Part shown: one piece after another, positions 27,067-40,866 of the stretch
Layout: each line of letters starts with the position of its first letter
How positions within the stretch are numbered: the first letter of the stretch is position 1
From: Eledone cirrhosa
Lineage: Eukaryota
Assembly (NCBI GenBank): GCA_964016885.1
Contig: OZ024743.1
Coordinates: forward strand, 65,038,001 to 65,102,000
DNA length: 64,000 nucleotides
Direction of reading: 5' to 3'
Position numbers and translations under genes: made by a program
The notes under the pieces: model-generated
The model's input: the letters and a program-made list of their open reading frames with translations, nothing else
Told to the model about the DNA's origin: nothing
Database searches by the model: none

Positions 27067-27614
27067 ATGACTATTTAGCCTTAATAAAATGTGTGTGTAT
27101 ATATATATATAAAGTGTTTCCGTAGGAAAGGTAAAGGAAAAGAGAGTGCTCTATCTAGGCTGCAGAGCTTTTTAGTTATGTACATAACTATATATATATA
27201 TATAATGTATGTATGTGTATATATATATATATATATATATAATTAAGGTTTTCCAGAGGCACCGACAGATCCGAAGTTACATAAGACCCCCCCAATACAT
27301 TTGTAGAGAAAGTACATGATTTATTTCATACAGAAATTACTTTTCCTCAACTAGAACTATTTCATTCGTAATTGTTTGAGCCAATTTATTTTAATTCATA
27401 GGAAACAGAAACAAAATAAATTGTTTTATAATCAAAAGAAAATTTCAGAAGATATATTTAATTGGAAAAATCATCAATTTAATTGCGGAAGTCTAACCGC
27501 AATTGGAAATCGACACATGTGAGTTTGTTTGGAGAAATCACACACACTAATATATATATCTACGTATTTATTTTTTATATATAATTTATAAAAACGCTAA
27601 AGGCGCATACTTAC

Positions 27615-27830
27615 AACATCTCAAGAAATAAACTGTAGAAAGGTTAGTGACTGGATAGGAAGGAAATCAACCTAATCCAGTTGGAAGAATCAACAAAATT
27701 GAGAGAAAAAAAGCTATTATAACAAAGTAGCTTTTTCTCTTTGCTTCCTTCACGCCTGACACTCGACTGACTGAAGTGTCTGAGACGACCAACAACCTAC
27801 ACTAACCTACATTTAGCCGCAGCTTCGGAG
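27615..27830 (-). promoter_or_regulatory. GTF2H1: Putative non-coding first exon / TSS region of GTF2H1
   Basis: Coding exon 1 has a splice acceptor, so an upstream exon is needed; strong gtaagtat donor at 27614 in a TE-free, CpG-retaining stretch; 5' limit approximate. Confidence 0.5.
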
Positions 27831-30800
27831 AATATAAATCATTATATTTTGCAAGAAATTTTCTATCACATAAACTATTAAGTTGTTTATTATATAGCAT
27901 TGTTTTTGAAAGCATTAAACAAATTTGAAATCGTAATTGCCGCTGCTGTAAAACTGTTCCAGTATCATTTAATATTTAGTAAAACAGGAAAGGAGCATGG
28001 CTGGAAAATAATTATAGCCGATACCGGTGTAATTTAAAAAAATGTTTACCTTGAATTTACAATCGTTTAAAAAGTTTCTCTCCTTTTTATTTTAACATTA
28101 GACTGTTTAAACTATTTTTTTTTTCATTTTTCTCTATCGCTATCTTTCTTTATTTCCCCTTTATATTTTATCATCTCAATCTCATATGCTATCTCTGGTA
28201 GTTTTATATCTACACTACCATTATTTATCCATTTTAGTTTTCAATGTCCGTGAGCGTGTCAGGTTGTTTCAGCGCTTTAGCCTCGTCTTCACCCATAGTA
28301 ATGTTGCGAACGTGTTGTCTTGCCTCATACTATTCTGTTAACCCTTATGATGTGCGGCCGATTGTCGCACTTGGTGGTGAATTGATGGTCGTTTTGTTTA
28401 ATCTTATATATTTGTTAAGTATTATAAATATATTATTTGTGTCTATTTTCATTCAGTAAGAATTATAAATAATTTGTTCTGTTATTTATACAATTGTGAA
28501 TAAACATGATACCATTATTGTTTTCAATACTTTTGTAATTCTTATGTAACAATACTTCCCCGGTATGTATCTGTCAATTTTCGTTTTATGATTACCGCCT
28601 GGTGATTTCTTATAAATTATCACAAAAAGCCCCAACAAAACTACGCAGCGTTAGAAGAAGAGTCTGATCATTTCGATTTTATCGATTCTGTTTTAGAGAA
28701 ATTAAAGAAAGATTCAGTGGATCGCAGCGAGATTTGAACTGTAGACGAACAAAATTAATTACATAACCATTGTAAGGCACTTGTGGTTTTTCCTCTCTTC
28801 CATTTCACTCCTTCATGTTCAACAATAGCAAAAGTGCGAAGACGTAGTTTTATTTATTTATTATTAAAAATTTGTAACCAGGAATATTCTTGATAAATAT
28901 TTCTAGAACATTAAATTTGTATCGTTCTGCTAACGTGTAAAAAGTTTCTTTGTAAACGGACTGACGTGCCCAACAACGAAAGTTATTTACTGGGTTGCTT
29001 GCCAATAAAATTGTAAAATAAATCATCATTTTTAACTAGGCATAAAGCCAATTTTTACTAGGGAGGGGCTTTAGTCAACCGTTCTTCTTATTACTCGTAC
29101 TGTTATGTCCAGTAGTATGTGTGACAAACTCAATCTCGGTGGGATTTGAAGTAAAAAAATAGGAGAGATTTAGTTCATTCTTGTACTTTTTTCTGTCAAA
29201 TTTCATAGCCATTTGAAAAGATCCTTCCCCGAACTATATCGTTTCTCTGATCTCGTTTTTTCCCTGTCAACAATCAACTTATTCAGGTTCAAATATATAC
29301 TAACCATATCAGTCTCACCGAGCTATCTCTGTCCCTTCAATGGAACGGACCTCCGGCGTTTGGAATACATTCCCACTAGTCTGCTCATTATATCAACGTA
29401 TAAGGGGAGGAGAATTCCATAGACAGGTATACCCTTCATGTAAATGACAGAAACACCACTTTTAGGGGCCAAACTTCCTCGATCATCTCAAATACCATGC
29501 ACTGAAAAACCGACAAATTATTTTAGTGATTTATTTCTTCGACTATGGATGTAGTTAGTGACTAAGGTTGCATAAATTAACCGATATCGACCATTTTGCC
29601 AATCAATTGATATCGGCTTTTTGGCCGATTAATTGATTTTGATAATCGGTCATTAGTGGATTGGCAGTATCGGTAGAGGGTCGGACGCCATGCTTTGACG
29701 CATAGAGTTACGGCCCTTGCCATTCTGAGTTCAAATCCCGCCGAGGTTAACTTTGCCTTTCATCCTTACGGGGTCGATAAAATAAAGTACCAGTAATGTA
29801 CTGGATAATTTCTGGCCTTGTGCCAATAGTAGAAACAATTATTATTTTGGAGCAAGAAAACCATGAATAATAGAGGGAATTTCAGTAATCACATTGAATT
29901 CAACATGTGTAAATACATGGGAAACATTATTTTCTATTATACAATCTAAGCCCACCAGTTCAATAAAAGCCTGTTCCTTGAACTGGAACTCGCTAATCTA
30001 TACAACTGCAAAATACCAAGGGGACCCAATTCTGTAAGTTCATTGCTGTCAAAGTAGAAAAAATACCTTACTACCTCTCCGTGAGGATATAATATAATAA
30101 TAATGAAATTATATGTATTTAATTGATCCTTAAAAAGGAATTAATTAAAAAAATTGTAAGGATACCGATTACATGTTTATTTAAAGATATCAAAAATAAA
30201 TTCCGTGTAATAATGATTCCTGTTATCAAAACTTATTACAGACTCGTATAGCATGTTACCTCCTATGGCGAAACCATTACTTAGCGAATATTATAATTAT
30301 AATGCGTATTTTACTATTACAATACATAATTACATTATAAATAATCGATATCAGCTAATTACAATCGGCCAATTTTCTTATCGGTGGATCCTTATTAGTA
30401 GCTCCAGAAACGATAGATTAACTCTGGTTAGAATCTGTCTTGCTAGTGGTACAAGCCACATGAGCTTAAATCACAACTAATGATTAAATATATTTAGTAA
30501 ACAAAAATGGAAAAATGCGCTACAGCATTTAGCTGTTTTGTTCCATGTCAGACTCGATAGAGGAAACCTATGATTGAAGATATTCTAGTCACGATCATTT
30601 CGTCCTTTCTATATGTTTGGTTGGATCCCTAACCCCTGGCGGAGACGTAGAGGTGCGGTTGTGATATTTTTTACCCTAGCGGAACCCATCTCCTCTCCAG
30701 GCCTCCTGAACATTGTCGATTTATTCCAGAGAGAGAGAGAGAGACTTTATTTATCGACCTCGAAAGGATGAAAGACAAAGTTGACATCAACGGGTTTGTT

Positions 30801-32171
30801 TGTTTAGTTTGTAATTTGTCGACCTACGAAAAATGAATGTTTTCAGTTAAAATCTAGGGAGGGACCAGAGCAAGTTTTTGTTGTCCGGGAGTTGAACTCA
30901 CAGAATGCAAAAGTCCTGAAATAATACCACAAAACATTCTATCCCCCGTTCTAATAATTCTGTGAATTTGCTGCCCTCCTTGTTGTATATCCAGGACTAT
31001 ATTATTTAGTGTTTCTTTTTTAAAAGATGGCAAAGTGTGATTCGGGTGGAGGTTTGGCTGCTATTTTTAGGAGGTCAAATGACCACATAAGGCACCCGTT
31101 GTCCCTATAGGTTCAATGTTGAAGTCTCGTCGATATTAACTTTGCTTTTCAACCTGTATATTCTAAGTTTCGTGTATAATCGAAACAAAATACATAATAG
31201 ACAGTTTCGGATTGTAAGAGGTCAACGCCCAGAAATCCCAGTTCACAACGCTGTTTTTTTTTAAAAATACAAAATCGAGCCATTTTGCTTAGTTAACACC
31301 GATATTTTCTTTGGGAAAAGCATGATACCACACTCTCATTCATACTATTTTATAGTATGTTTTTAATTTAGGCACATGGCCGGTAATTTGTAGAAATGGG
31401 AAAGTCGTTTACTGGTATTTTATTTTATCGATCCCCTGGACGGATGAAAAGCAAAGTTGACTTCGACGGAATTTAACTCGCAACAAACAGTAGGGTAACA
31501 TTTGTGTTTAGCAAACAATTAAATTTTTCCCTTAACCACTAACACAAAGACTTAAACACCTTAGGCATAGAACCTGTCACCCTCCTCCTTCCCCCTCTTT
31601 CTTAAGTGGCTTAATAGTCTTTGCTCTTTCCCTTCTTTTCTTCAAATATATGGCATTTTATAGTTTTTAAGTATTTATATATTTCCTCTACTTTCCTATC
31701 CAGCAGATCTGTATTTCTTTACCCCCCTCCACTCCTTTTTTTCCATTATTTATTAATTACGGAAACTTAATAAACCTTAAACTGAACATAAACCACATTA
31801 CATATTTTTAGTTATTCTGTATTCCCAAGCTTAAAGAATAAAAATGATATGCGGAAAGTCTGTTCGATTCAAACTAATTAATAACAATAAAAAAAAATAT
31901 CTTGGAAGAAAATTAATTTAAAATAGAATGAATGACAATAAAATAGAGTTAACGAATATGCTATTATAAGAGGCACTAAATATAATATTTATTCTGTTAT
32001 GTATATTTTACTATAAAAGATAATATTGTTACTCCTATAAATATTTTACATTTTTTTAAAGAGTAAATGTATATTTTAAAAATAATTTCCTTTAAATCAA
32101 GTTTGTAGTGATTATATTTACTTCTTTGGTTTGAGTGTAGAAGTTCAATTATTGAGTGCGGAATTACAACT

Positions 32172-32218
32172 ATGGAAGAAGACAACGCATGCGACACGCT
32201 TAGCTCGGACTCAGAAAG
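32172..32218 (+). CDS. UCKL1: Uridine-cytidine kinase-like 1, probable first coding exon
   Basis: MEEDNACDTLSSDSE then AG|gtaaga; phase 2 fits exon at 38252. Confidence 0.7.
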
Positions 32219-32427
32219 GTAAGATTTGTTTGCTTACTTATTTAATATGAATCTAGTTTACAATATAAACACTTACAACCTCCCCCATATATATATATAT
32301 ATAAATTTTGAGTATATGATTCCAGTTCCTCAGTGAAATAACAACCCAACCAGGAACTGGGCATATCAGAGTATTGACAAAGTTATACACCTCAACATGT
32401 GTACTCGTCTCTACCACACTATATCGG

Positions 32428-32482
32428 ACTGCCTGAAGGGGTCACAGCCAAAGATGGCTGTCACCGAAATATATATAACAGT
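32428..32482 (+). ncRNA. Hammerhead ribozyme motif (family 2, A9G core variant)
   Basis: ACTGc-CTGAAGG-GGTcACAGCCA-aaga-TGGCTGTcACC-GAA-ATATATAT-A|aCAGT then AATAAA. Confidence 0.7.
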
Positions 32483-32748
32483 AATAAACGAAGCCAAATT
32501 TTAAACATTTGACTTATTTATTTTATTTTATATATATATATATATATACACACACATAAATATACACGCACACTATCTATATATATAGAGAGAGAGAGAG
32601 ACACGCGCTCGCATATATATGTGTGTGTATATATACATATACACGCACACTATATATATAGAGAGAGACGCGCGCTCGCATATATATGTATGTGTGTGTG
32701 TATATATATATATATGTATGTGTGTGTATATATATATATATACACACA

Positions 32749-32914
32749 CAATGAAATTACGTTATAATGAAATTCACGGGGTATAAAAAAATTCTTTATA
32801 ACAAGATCGACCGAAACAAATCGAGCGTTTGTTATTACCTCGGGGATTGAAAACAAATTTCGTTATACTGAAAAATTCGTTATAATGGTTTTCGTTATAA
32901 CGGAATTTTACCTG
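32749..32914. mobile_element. pogo/Tigger-like MITE
   Basis: Ends CAATGAAATTACGTTATAA / TTATAACGGAATTTTACCTG|TA with internal TTCGTTATA repeats. Confidence 0.65.
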
Positions 32915-33559
32915 TATATACATACAGGCGGGTCCTGTCAGAAGCAATCTTCTATTGATCCGGTCGGATTCCCAAGCGAGACCAGCCAAGTTCATGGATG
33001 TTATCCAACCATCTTTCTCAGGGTCTACCCCTGGGTCTCCCACCGGTTGGTTTTGCCTGTAAAATCTGTCCAGTGATTCTTTCCTGAGACATTCTAACAC
33101 ATGCCTGTAGTATCAGAGCTGTGATCTCTCAATTCGGAGAAGTAGCGGCTCTATCTGGAGCGATTCTCTATCTCCGTGTAACATTACCTCAAAGACCTTT
33201 CATATATATAAAACACACACATATATATTCATCATCACCATTTAACGTTCACTTTTCACGTTAGCATGGGTTAGACGGGTTGTCCCGTTGTGAGACAAGT
33301 CGGGTCCGATGACTGTTTGCTCATACACGACTGGTTTCGGCTTGGATTCTACGGTTGGGTGCTTTTTGTTGTGACACTTAGACAACCACTTAGTGTGTGT
33401 TCTAAAATAGAAGGAAACAATAAGATGAACCGGGCAAATCTTATTAAAGCTTTAGACAAGAGTCTTTCTTTTCTGGGACTCAGCCGACTACATCATGTCA
33501 GGCTTGGTGGGCGGCAAACAATCTGTAGTGAGCTAACAGGTTGATATAAACATATTTCG

Positions 33560-33930
33560 CTAATAAATCATTTGCCAACAAACTTTTCACAATAAATCTA
33601 GGCATCACTGACAAAGAAAAAACAAAATATCTCCTTCAAGGAAAATAGTTATGATGAAGCAAAGTAGTATGGAGATTGGAAGCTCTAATATATGGATATA
33701 GAAGTTGGCGACTATGTGATCTTAAAAAACTTACAACCAGGAGAGTATCAACTAAATTTTAATTTGACTCAGCTTGTTAATGAAAGAGGGGGCTCGATTG
33801 ATTTGGACCATGTTTCCACATTAGTTGAAATCATTCATGCAGACCATATGACATCAGGTTTGTACCTTAAAGAAATACAGGAGCTCCTTATTATATTGAT
33901 CCTCAATGAAAACTTTAATGTGAATTGAGT
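33560..33930 (+). mobile_element. Possible LTR-retrotransposon integrase C-terminal remnant
   Basis: DIEVGDYVILKN motif; otherwise decayed. Confidence 0.35.
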
Positions 33931-34149
33931 TTATTGAATTAATTGATCACTATCAGTATCAATGGGGATAACGAAGTATTGCAAGAATAAACCAGGCAAT
34001 TGTTGAACCTGTAACTCCTGATGGAGTTGTATGGGTACCATAGTGACATGTCTTGGGCATTTAAAACATGGTAGAGCCCATCTTCCCTCCAGGTCTGATT
34101 TTTTTCAAGAAAGGAGAGAAAGAGACTGACTGCTTCTTGAGTCAGCCCT

Positions 34150-34900
34150 CCATCGAAAATGAAGCATGTACAAAGTTCTTGTTCCAAACGTCCCGATCTC
34201 ATCGCAACAAGAAAATCTCGTCCAGTGAGGGCAGTGTTACTTGAGTCCTGATGGTTATGTTTGGATGTTCTACTTGGTGCTCTGCATCTGGTAACCAGAG
34301 AAGCAGGTTCATCATGATGGGGAAACATGATCAGCAAGAGCCAAGCTATAGGATCAAACTTTTGTCAAAACTTTTGGTAGATCACCATAAAAAAGTTTGT
34401 TGGTTTTGTGACTTTGCCACAAAACATTGAACACCACATGTAACATCTTGGTGTAGGAACCACTAAGTCTCCTCGAGTGAATGTCACTGAGAGTCCAGGA
34501 TTCTTAACCATATAGTAATATGGTTTTAACTGTAGCTTTGAAGACTTTGCATTTCATAGATTTTATAGTACATTTATTGCACTCCATGCTTGACTAATTC
34601 TAGTCGTCATATGCTCAGAGTCAGTGTAACCACTCAGATATTTAAATTCTTGAACCAGTTCAATAGGTGAACCGTCAGAAGCATTTAGTGAACTGAGAGT
34701 GGAAGGATTCAAATGCATGAATTTAGTTTTTGAAGCATTGAGAAACACCTACTTCTTGACTGGCATTCAAGACATGACTGAGGAGGTCCTGAGCTGATTT
34801 GATGGTATCTTCCAGAAGAGCATAGTCAAGATCAGGGAACACAATAGCTTGATGATGGTGACTCCAATGTCTCTTGATAGTTTTACTGTTAGTATCTGTA
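34150..34900 (-). mobile_element. Degraded LINE reverse transcriptase fragment
   Basis: DLDYA..LLEDTIKSAQDLL, LNASKTKFM, FKYL, RI.QAWSA. Confidence 0.7.
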
Positions 34901-37900
34901 ATGGCTTTAGTACTGGGGTCGATTCTTCCTCTAGAAAAAACCAGCTGCATTCAGACCTAGTGAGGGTTGGGCTCCGCCAGGTTTAAAAGTGCCCTAGACA
35001 TGCCATATGATGGTGCCTTTATGACCCCACAAGGAGTTATGGGGGTATCTAATGGCAATGTGAGTCTCAGGAATTTGAGGTCAGCTCTCACCACCTCTGC
35101 TCAAGTCTCTCTTGGTCTACCTCTATTGGGGCTTTTTTCCACTGACATTTCCTGGCACTTCACCCACCAGTCATCATCCATGCACAAATGTGAATGAAAT
35201 ATAAGAAGTATGTAAAACATGAAGATTGTTTTGTCTCTGATTAGCCATGACCATCCTGTCATATTTTTTGCAGACAGTTTAGTATTATCCAGTCAGTCAC
35301 TTTTAAAGACAGTACCTAGTATTTAATGAGATATTTAACTGGTTTTTATAGCATGTGAGGCACTCCTAGTATAAAGACAGGATGTCAGTCATAAAATAGC
35401 AAGGAATGAACATATTTCAGAGATTCTAAAAATTGCACTTTCTAATCAGGACATTATCAGTAAGGCACCACTTCATTTGATAAGATTGGAGTATGGTTGT
35501 ACATATTTTAACTTGTGTAATCTTTACATTTTATTCTGTTTTGATAATCTTTTCTTATATATATAATAAATGGTATTAGAAAAAAGATTATCAATTCTGT
35601 TTTGTGACAGGCAAAAAATATAGTGTTATTTCATGCCCTTAGCAAATTTTTCCGCTTTGTGAACCTTTTATCATATAAAGCTGTTTATCATCATCACTGT
35701 TTAACGTCTATTTTTATCTTGTTAGCATAGGTTAGATGAGTTGTCCTGTTGTGAGACAAGCCAGATCAGATGACCGGGACTTGGTCATACAGGACTGTTT
35801 CTACAGCTGGATGATTTTCCTAACACTAACCCCTTTACAGTGTGGACTGGGTGCTTTTTGTGTGGCACCAACACAACCACTTTGCAGTGTGGATTGGATG
35901 CTTTCTGTTGTAACCCCTACTCGACCACTTTACAGTGTAGACTGGGCACTTTTTGTCTAAAAGCCATCCTTCATAATTTTATATTAGAACCTTTATATTC
36001 TAAACACCAGCTTAATATAGAAAGAGTTACTAAATCTAGCAAGATTTTTGATTATCATAAGCAGTGTTTTTCATTAGAAATATGGTGATGAAAGGGTTAA
36101 AGTGTGTACATTTATCTAAAAAAACCTGTCATACTTTTATGTAAGAACCTATGTTATGTTCCAAAAACCAGCTTAATAATGAGAAAGTTAATCATATTAA
36201 TTAGTAAATTCATCAAAAATTGATTATTTTCAAAATTATTTGGAAAAATAGGTAGTGTCTTTCATTAGAAATGTGGTAATAAAAGGGTGAATATGCTCTT
36301 TATCTTATTTCTGAAATCATCCAAACCACTTAAGTATTTTAATAATGGGTAAAGCAGATAACTTACAGTTTGGACTTTTCAGTGGAAGGAAGATGCAGTT
36401 GAGGGAGACCAAGGAAGATTTGGGCAGAGGTTGTGAGAGTTAATCTGGAATCACTGAATGTCACAGAGGAAGTGATATGGCTGTAACAAGTAGAGGAAGG
36501 AAAAGACCTGTTTAACCATGCAAGCATGGAAAAGCAGCCATAAAAATGATGATGGTGTTGAATAGAGAGATGTATTTGTGGTCTCTTCAATAGTGTTAAA
36601 AGATCATTTATTTCTGGAAGTTAAAGGAAGGCCATGTTGTCGTTGGTATCATTCACATTGGAAAACACTGCAGTAAAGTTAACTTTCTATCAAATCAACA
36701 GACTAGAATTGAACATCCAGTGGCTAACAGAGACAGACTCACTACCACACTTCATTCCACTTGGTGATACGACCATAGCTTAGATCAGGACATAACATAG
36801 AACGCATACCATGCCCCCCCCCCCCCCCCCCCCCCAATCACTTTCAGATTGTAAAATGGCAGCATAACAAACAAGATATCCATCTTTGAATTAGTTCCCT
36901 CACTCGCGCCAATTTTTTTTTTTTTTTTTTAGGCGACAGGAATTCGGGTGTTGCAGAAGAAGCGAGAGTCGTCGCTCGCGGAACGATCCGTCTCCTGTAT
37001 TGAATTAATAATACTTTTCGTTTTTTTATTTCTCGTCATTCATTTCGGAGATCGTAAGAAGAAAGATTTAGAAGAGGGTAACCGAGGAAGATGAGAGAAG
37101 GAAAGAAAAGAAACGCAGTAAACAGGCACAGTCGTTTGTCGGCTGGCGTTCGCTCTGCGACTCGCCAAAAGCCCAACAAAGCGTTTGTGTCGGCCGACGA
37201 CGCTTCCGATGTCGCCTCTATTCCGATTTTTTTCTCCCGCCATCGGTAGCCTCTTCTTTCTCTAAATATTGCCTGCATGGTTCCATAACTCCTGAGTAAG
37301 TTGTAGGGGGTGTTGTATTGACATACAGCGATTCTAGGGCACTTTAAAACCTGGTAGAGCCCATCTCCTCTCCAAGTTTGAATACAGTAAATTTCTTCCA
37401 GAAAAGGATAAAGTGAGTGAGAGATACTGAGGAAGAATCAACCCCAGTACTAGACTGGTACTTTTTTTATCGACCTTGAATGGATGAAAGGCAAAGTTGA
37501 CCTTGGTTCCTAAATATTAAGGACTATTAACTCTTTCATGACTATATTTTGTAATGAAATACAATCTATTTCAATTAATTAATGAAGAATTTGGGAGGGA
37601 TTTACTAAAATTATTAGTTATTTCATTACTAAAATAGTAACTTAATGTAAGATTCTTATATAAAATGGTTGAAAGATTTTAATTTAATTTGGAAATCTTT
37701 AAAATAGGTGGTTTTACTTCATAAAACCAGAGCCAGTTTCGGTCAGGTTGGTAAAAAAAAGGTTAAACAACTTAACATTCCAACATTTTTGTTATCATTT
37801 TTAACATCTAATGTCCTATTTGCATTACTGTAGGAGGCACATGGCTTAGTGGTTAGAGCATTGACCTTGCAATCGAAAGGTTGTGAGTTCAATTCTCAGA

Positions 37901-38251
37901 CCGGGTGATGTGTTGTTTCCTTGAGCAAGACACTTTATTTCACATTGCTCCAGTTTACTCAGAAATGAAATGATAGGGACTGGGGTCCATATCATTCCAC
38001 TCAAAGTGGTCATGGAGGTGCCCGGCAAAAAAGCACCCAGCACTCACTGTAAATGAGGTTGGTGTTAGGAAGGGAATCCAGCTGTAGAAATCAAGCCAGC
38101 ATCAGTTCCCGTCCCACCCTTGCAAGCAGGGAAAAAGCGGACGTAAAAATGAAATGATGATGATGATGATGATGTAGCCTTCCAATAAAACACACTATTT
38201 TCTATTAATCTCCAATTTTTATTTCACATCTCAATATTTTCAATATCAAAG

Positions 38252-38487
38252 TGGGATGATGGATGACACAGATATTGTTGATCTAGAACCTTCTACACAG
38301 TCCTCTACACAATCAATAATCCAAGTTCCGAAAAGCCCAGCAAGGACTCTATCAAAACGTGTCCGTACTGTAAGTTGTTCCTCAACCAGTGACAGAGTGG
38401 TACAGACAGCAACCCGCACACTTTACACTGCAGGACGGCCACCATGGTATAACTCACAAGGGCAACTAAAGGAAGCTTTTGTTATTG
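38252..38487 (+). CDS. UCKL1: UCKL1 exon 2
   Basis: ...KRVRTVS...RTLYTAGRPPWYNSQGQLKEAFVIG, a diagnostic UCKL1 motif. Confidence 0.93.
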
Positions 38488-39519
38488 GTAAGTTTTTTGT
38501 TTGTTTTGTTTTGTATTCTACATTTTGGTTTATGATGGCAGAGATGTAATTGGTATTGTATTTTATCATTTTCTTTATAAACACATGGCTTTTGATAGGA
38601 GCCTAGTAGAACATCTAAAAACTTCTGTCACAACTTCATGAAATGCCGTGTGCAGTATTGAAATTCATGGACAGATGCTGTATTGCAGATCTGTTTAACC
38701 TTTTTAATACCTAGCCATCTGAAACTGCCCCCGTTTTTTGTTTTTTTATACAAAACTATTTTAAAACCTTCCATCATAATTTTATTTAAGAACCTTTATT
38801 ATGTTCCAAATACCAGATAAATAATGAATAAGTTAGTTATATTACTAAATCCCTCTAAATTCTTCACTATTTTCAAATGATTTGAAAATAGTGGGGCAAT
38901 GTCTTTTATTAGGAATATGGTAACAAAAGGGTTAATCCATGCCAGCAAAGAAAAGTGAGTGTGGAAATAGTAAGAATGATATCAATTTCAGGATGGATTA
39001 TATCAGCAAGGCCAACTGGCAGGAGACACAGAGACCACAAGTAAGATGGTTGTATAACATCCATAGTTTCAGTTGATTTCACTTGGAGATGGTAGCTTTC
39101 AATAAGACCCTCTGGGAAGCATGTCTGAAGACTCTGCCCTCTCGACCCTCTCAGAAATAAATGAGTGAAGAAGATGGTGGATATTTTCACTTATTCAGTT
39201 GAAAATATATATCAGGTTTATTAATATTCATCATAGTTTCAGCGTTGTTTCAACATTTTATTTTTAATGAAGGGGTTGGGCTCATGAAAGGCAGCTGGCT
39301 ATAGAACTTTGTCTCAAAACCTCCTGTCCAACCCATGCCAGCAAAGAAAAGGGGACATAAAGATGATGATATACATTGTATCCCTGCATGTCTTGAGAGG
39401 CAACTAAAAGTGTAGACTGTAAAAAATTGTTTCATAATAACTTATTCAATCTATACCAGCATGGAAAAGTTGACATGAAAATGAATCACAAATCACTTTT
39501 CCATGTTGGCATCATGAGT

Positions 39520-39738
39520 TTAACCTTTTAGTTATCAAACTGGCCAAAACCAGCTCTGGTTCTATGAAGTAAAACCACACATTTTAAAGGTTTCCAATTT
39601 AAATTAAAATCTATAAGGACCTTACATCAAGTTACTATCTTAATAATGAAATAATTAATAATTTTAGTAAATCCCCCCAAATTCTTCATTAATTAATTGA
39701 AATAGTGTATTTCAGAAATTCAGTCATGAAAAGGTTAA
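39520..39738. mobile_element. TTAA-flanked MITE family 2 (also about 2201-2432, 21190-21402, 25909-26111, 37527-37766, 38695-38935)
   Basis: TTAA-CC(C)TTT...AAA(G)GG-TTAA with a shared AT-rich interior. Confidence 0.72.
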
Positions 39739-39879
39739 ATGTAAGAGTTGTGGTGAGTGTAGTATCTTTGATTAAAGGTGAGAGAAAAAGCAGTGTTATT
39801 ACTTGGACTGTAGGCAAGTGAAGAGTTGAATGTCTGTCTGCAGTACATAATTTCTCTATTTTTGTTGTATTTTATCTGT

Positions 39880-40228
39880 TTCATCATCATCACATCTACT
39901 TTTCCACACTTGCATGGGTTAGACAGGTCCTTCTCAGCATGGCATCTCTCCACATGTCGTGATCCTTTGTCATCACCTTTGTGAGTCTCAGTGATTTGAG
40001 GCCAGCTCCAACAACCTCTGTCCAGGTCTTTCTTGGTCTACCCTTACTGCAGCTTCCTTCCACTGGCATTTCCTGGCACTTATTCACCCAATTATCATTG
40101 TCCATTTGCATCACATGACCATACCAATGCAGTCTTCTCTCCTGCACGCCACCTTGGATTCCTCTTAGACCCAGCTTCTCCCTGAACTTGTCCAATCTGT
40201 GCCTTTCTCTCACACTTACATTGCACAC
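39880..40228 (-). mobile_element. RTE LINE 3' fragment
   Basis: ERRLHWYGHVMQM...GRPRKTW. Confidence 0.8.
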
Positions 40229-40866
40229 CCAACAGAGCTAAACTAAACACCTGAACATAACACTCCTTACAGATGTGTCTTTATGGACCCATACCTTCTG
40301 ATGGTGTCATATGTGTGCCATAGTGACATAAAGTATTTCTTGGGCATTTAAAACCTGGTAGAGTCTATCCTTTTCCAATTCTGAGCATAGCTGACTTCGT
40401 TCAGCGAAAGAGAGTGATAGAGAGGAAGTGAAAAAGAAATATAAAGGAAGAATTGATCCCCAAACTAGATTGCTGGTACTTCTTTTTATTTGACCTCCAA
40501 AAAATAAAGGGCAAAGTTGACTTGGGCAGGATTTGAACTCATAATGCACCGAGAACTGGAATGAATACTACAGAGCATCCTATCTGATATTCTGTCTCTA
40601 TCAATTTCCTGCTAAATATGCTTAACTTTAAAATCTTTCACAACTATTTGTGGCATTCACACATTCTTCACATACTTTAAAACTTAAAAGATTGGGTGTC
40701 CTTTTCCAGAACCAGTAACTACTTCTATAAGACAGCTCTCTGTTATACAAAGAGTACTAGTATTCACCAGATGTCTGTAGTGGTGGTCTGACACATATTT
40801 TAAAGATTGTAATGAACTTGTTGAATAAGATTTAACTGTTTCATTTTGGAGCTAATGTTATTACCA

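Noticed and set aside
28244-28459. 71-aa ORF as a small gene
   Set aside because: No recognisable homology; more likely UTR or promoter sequence
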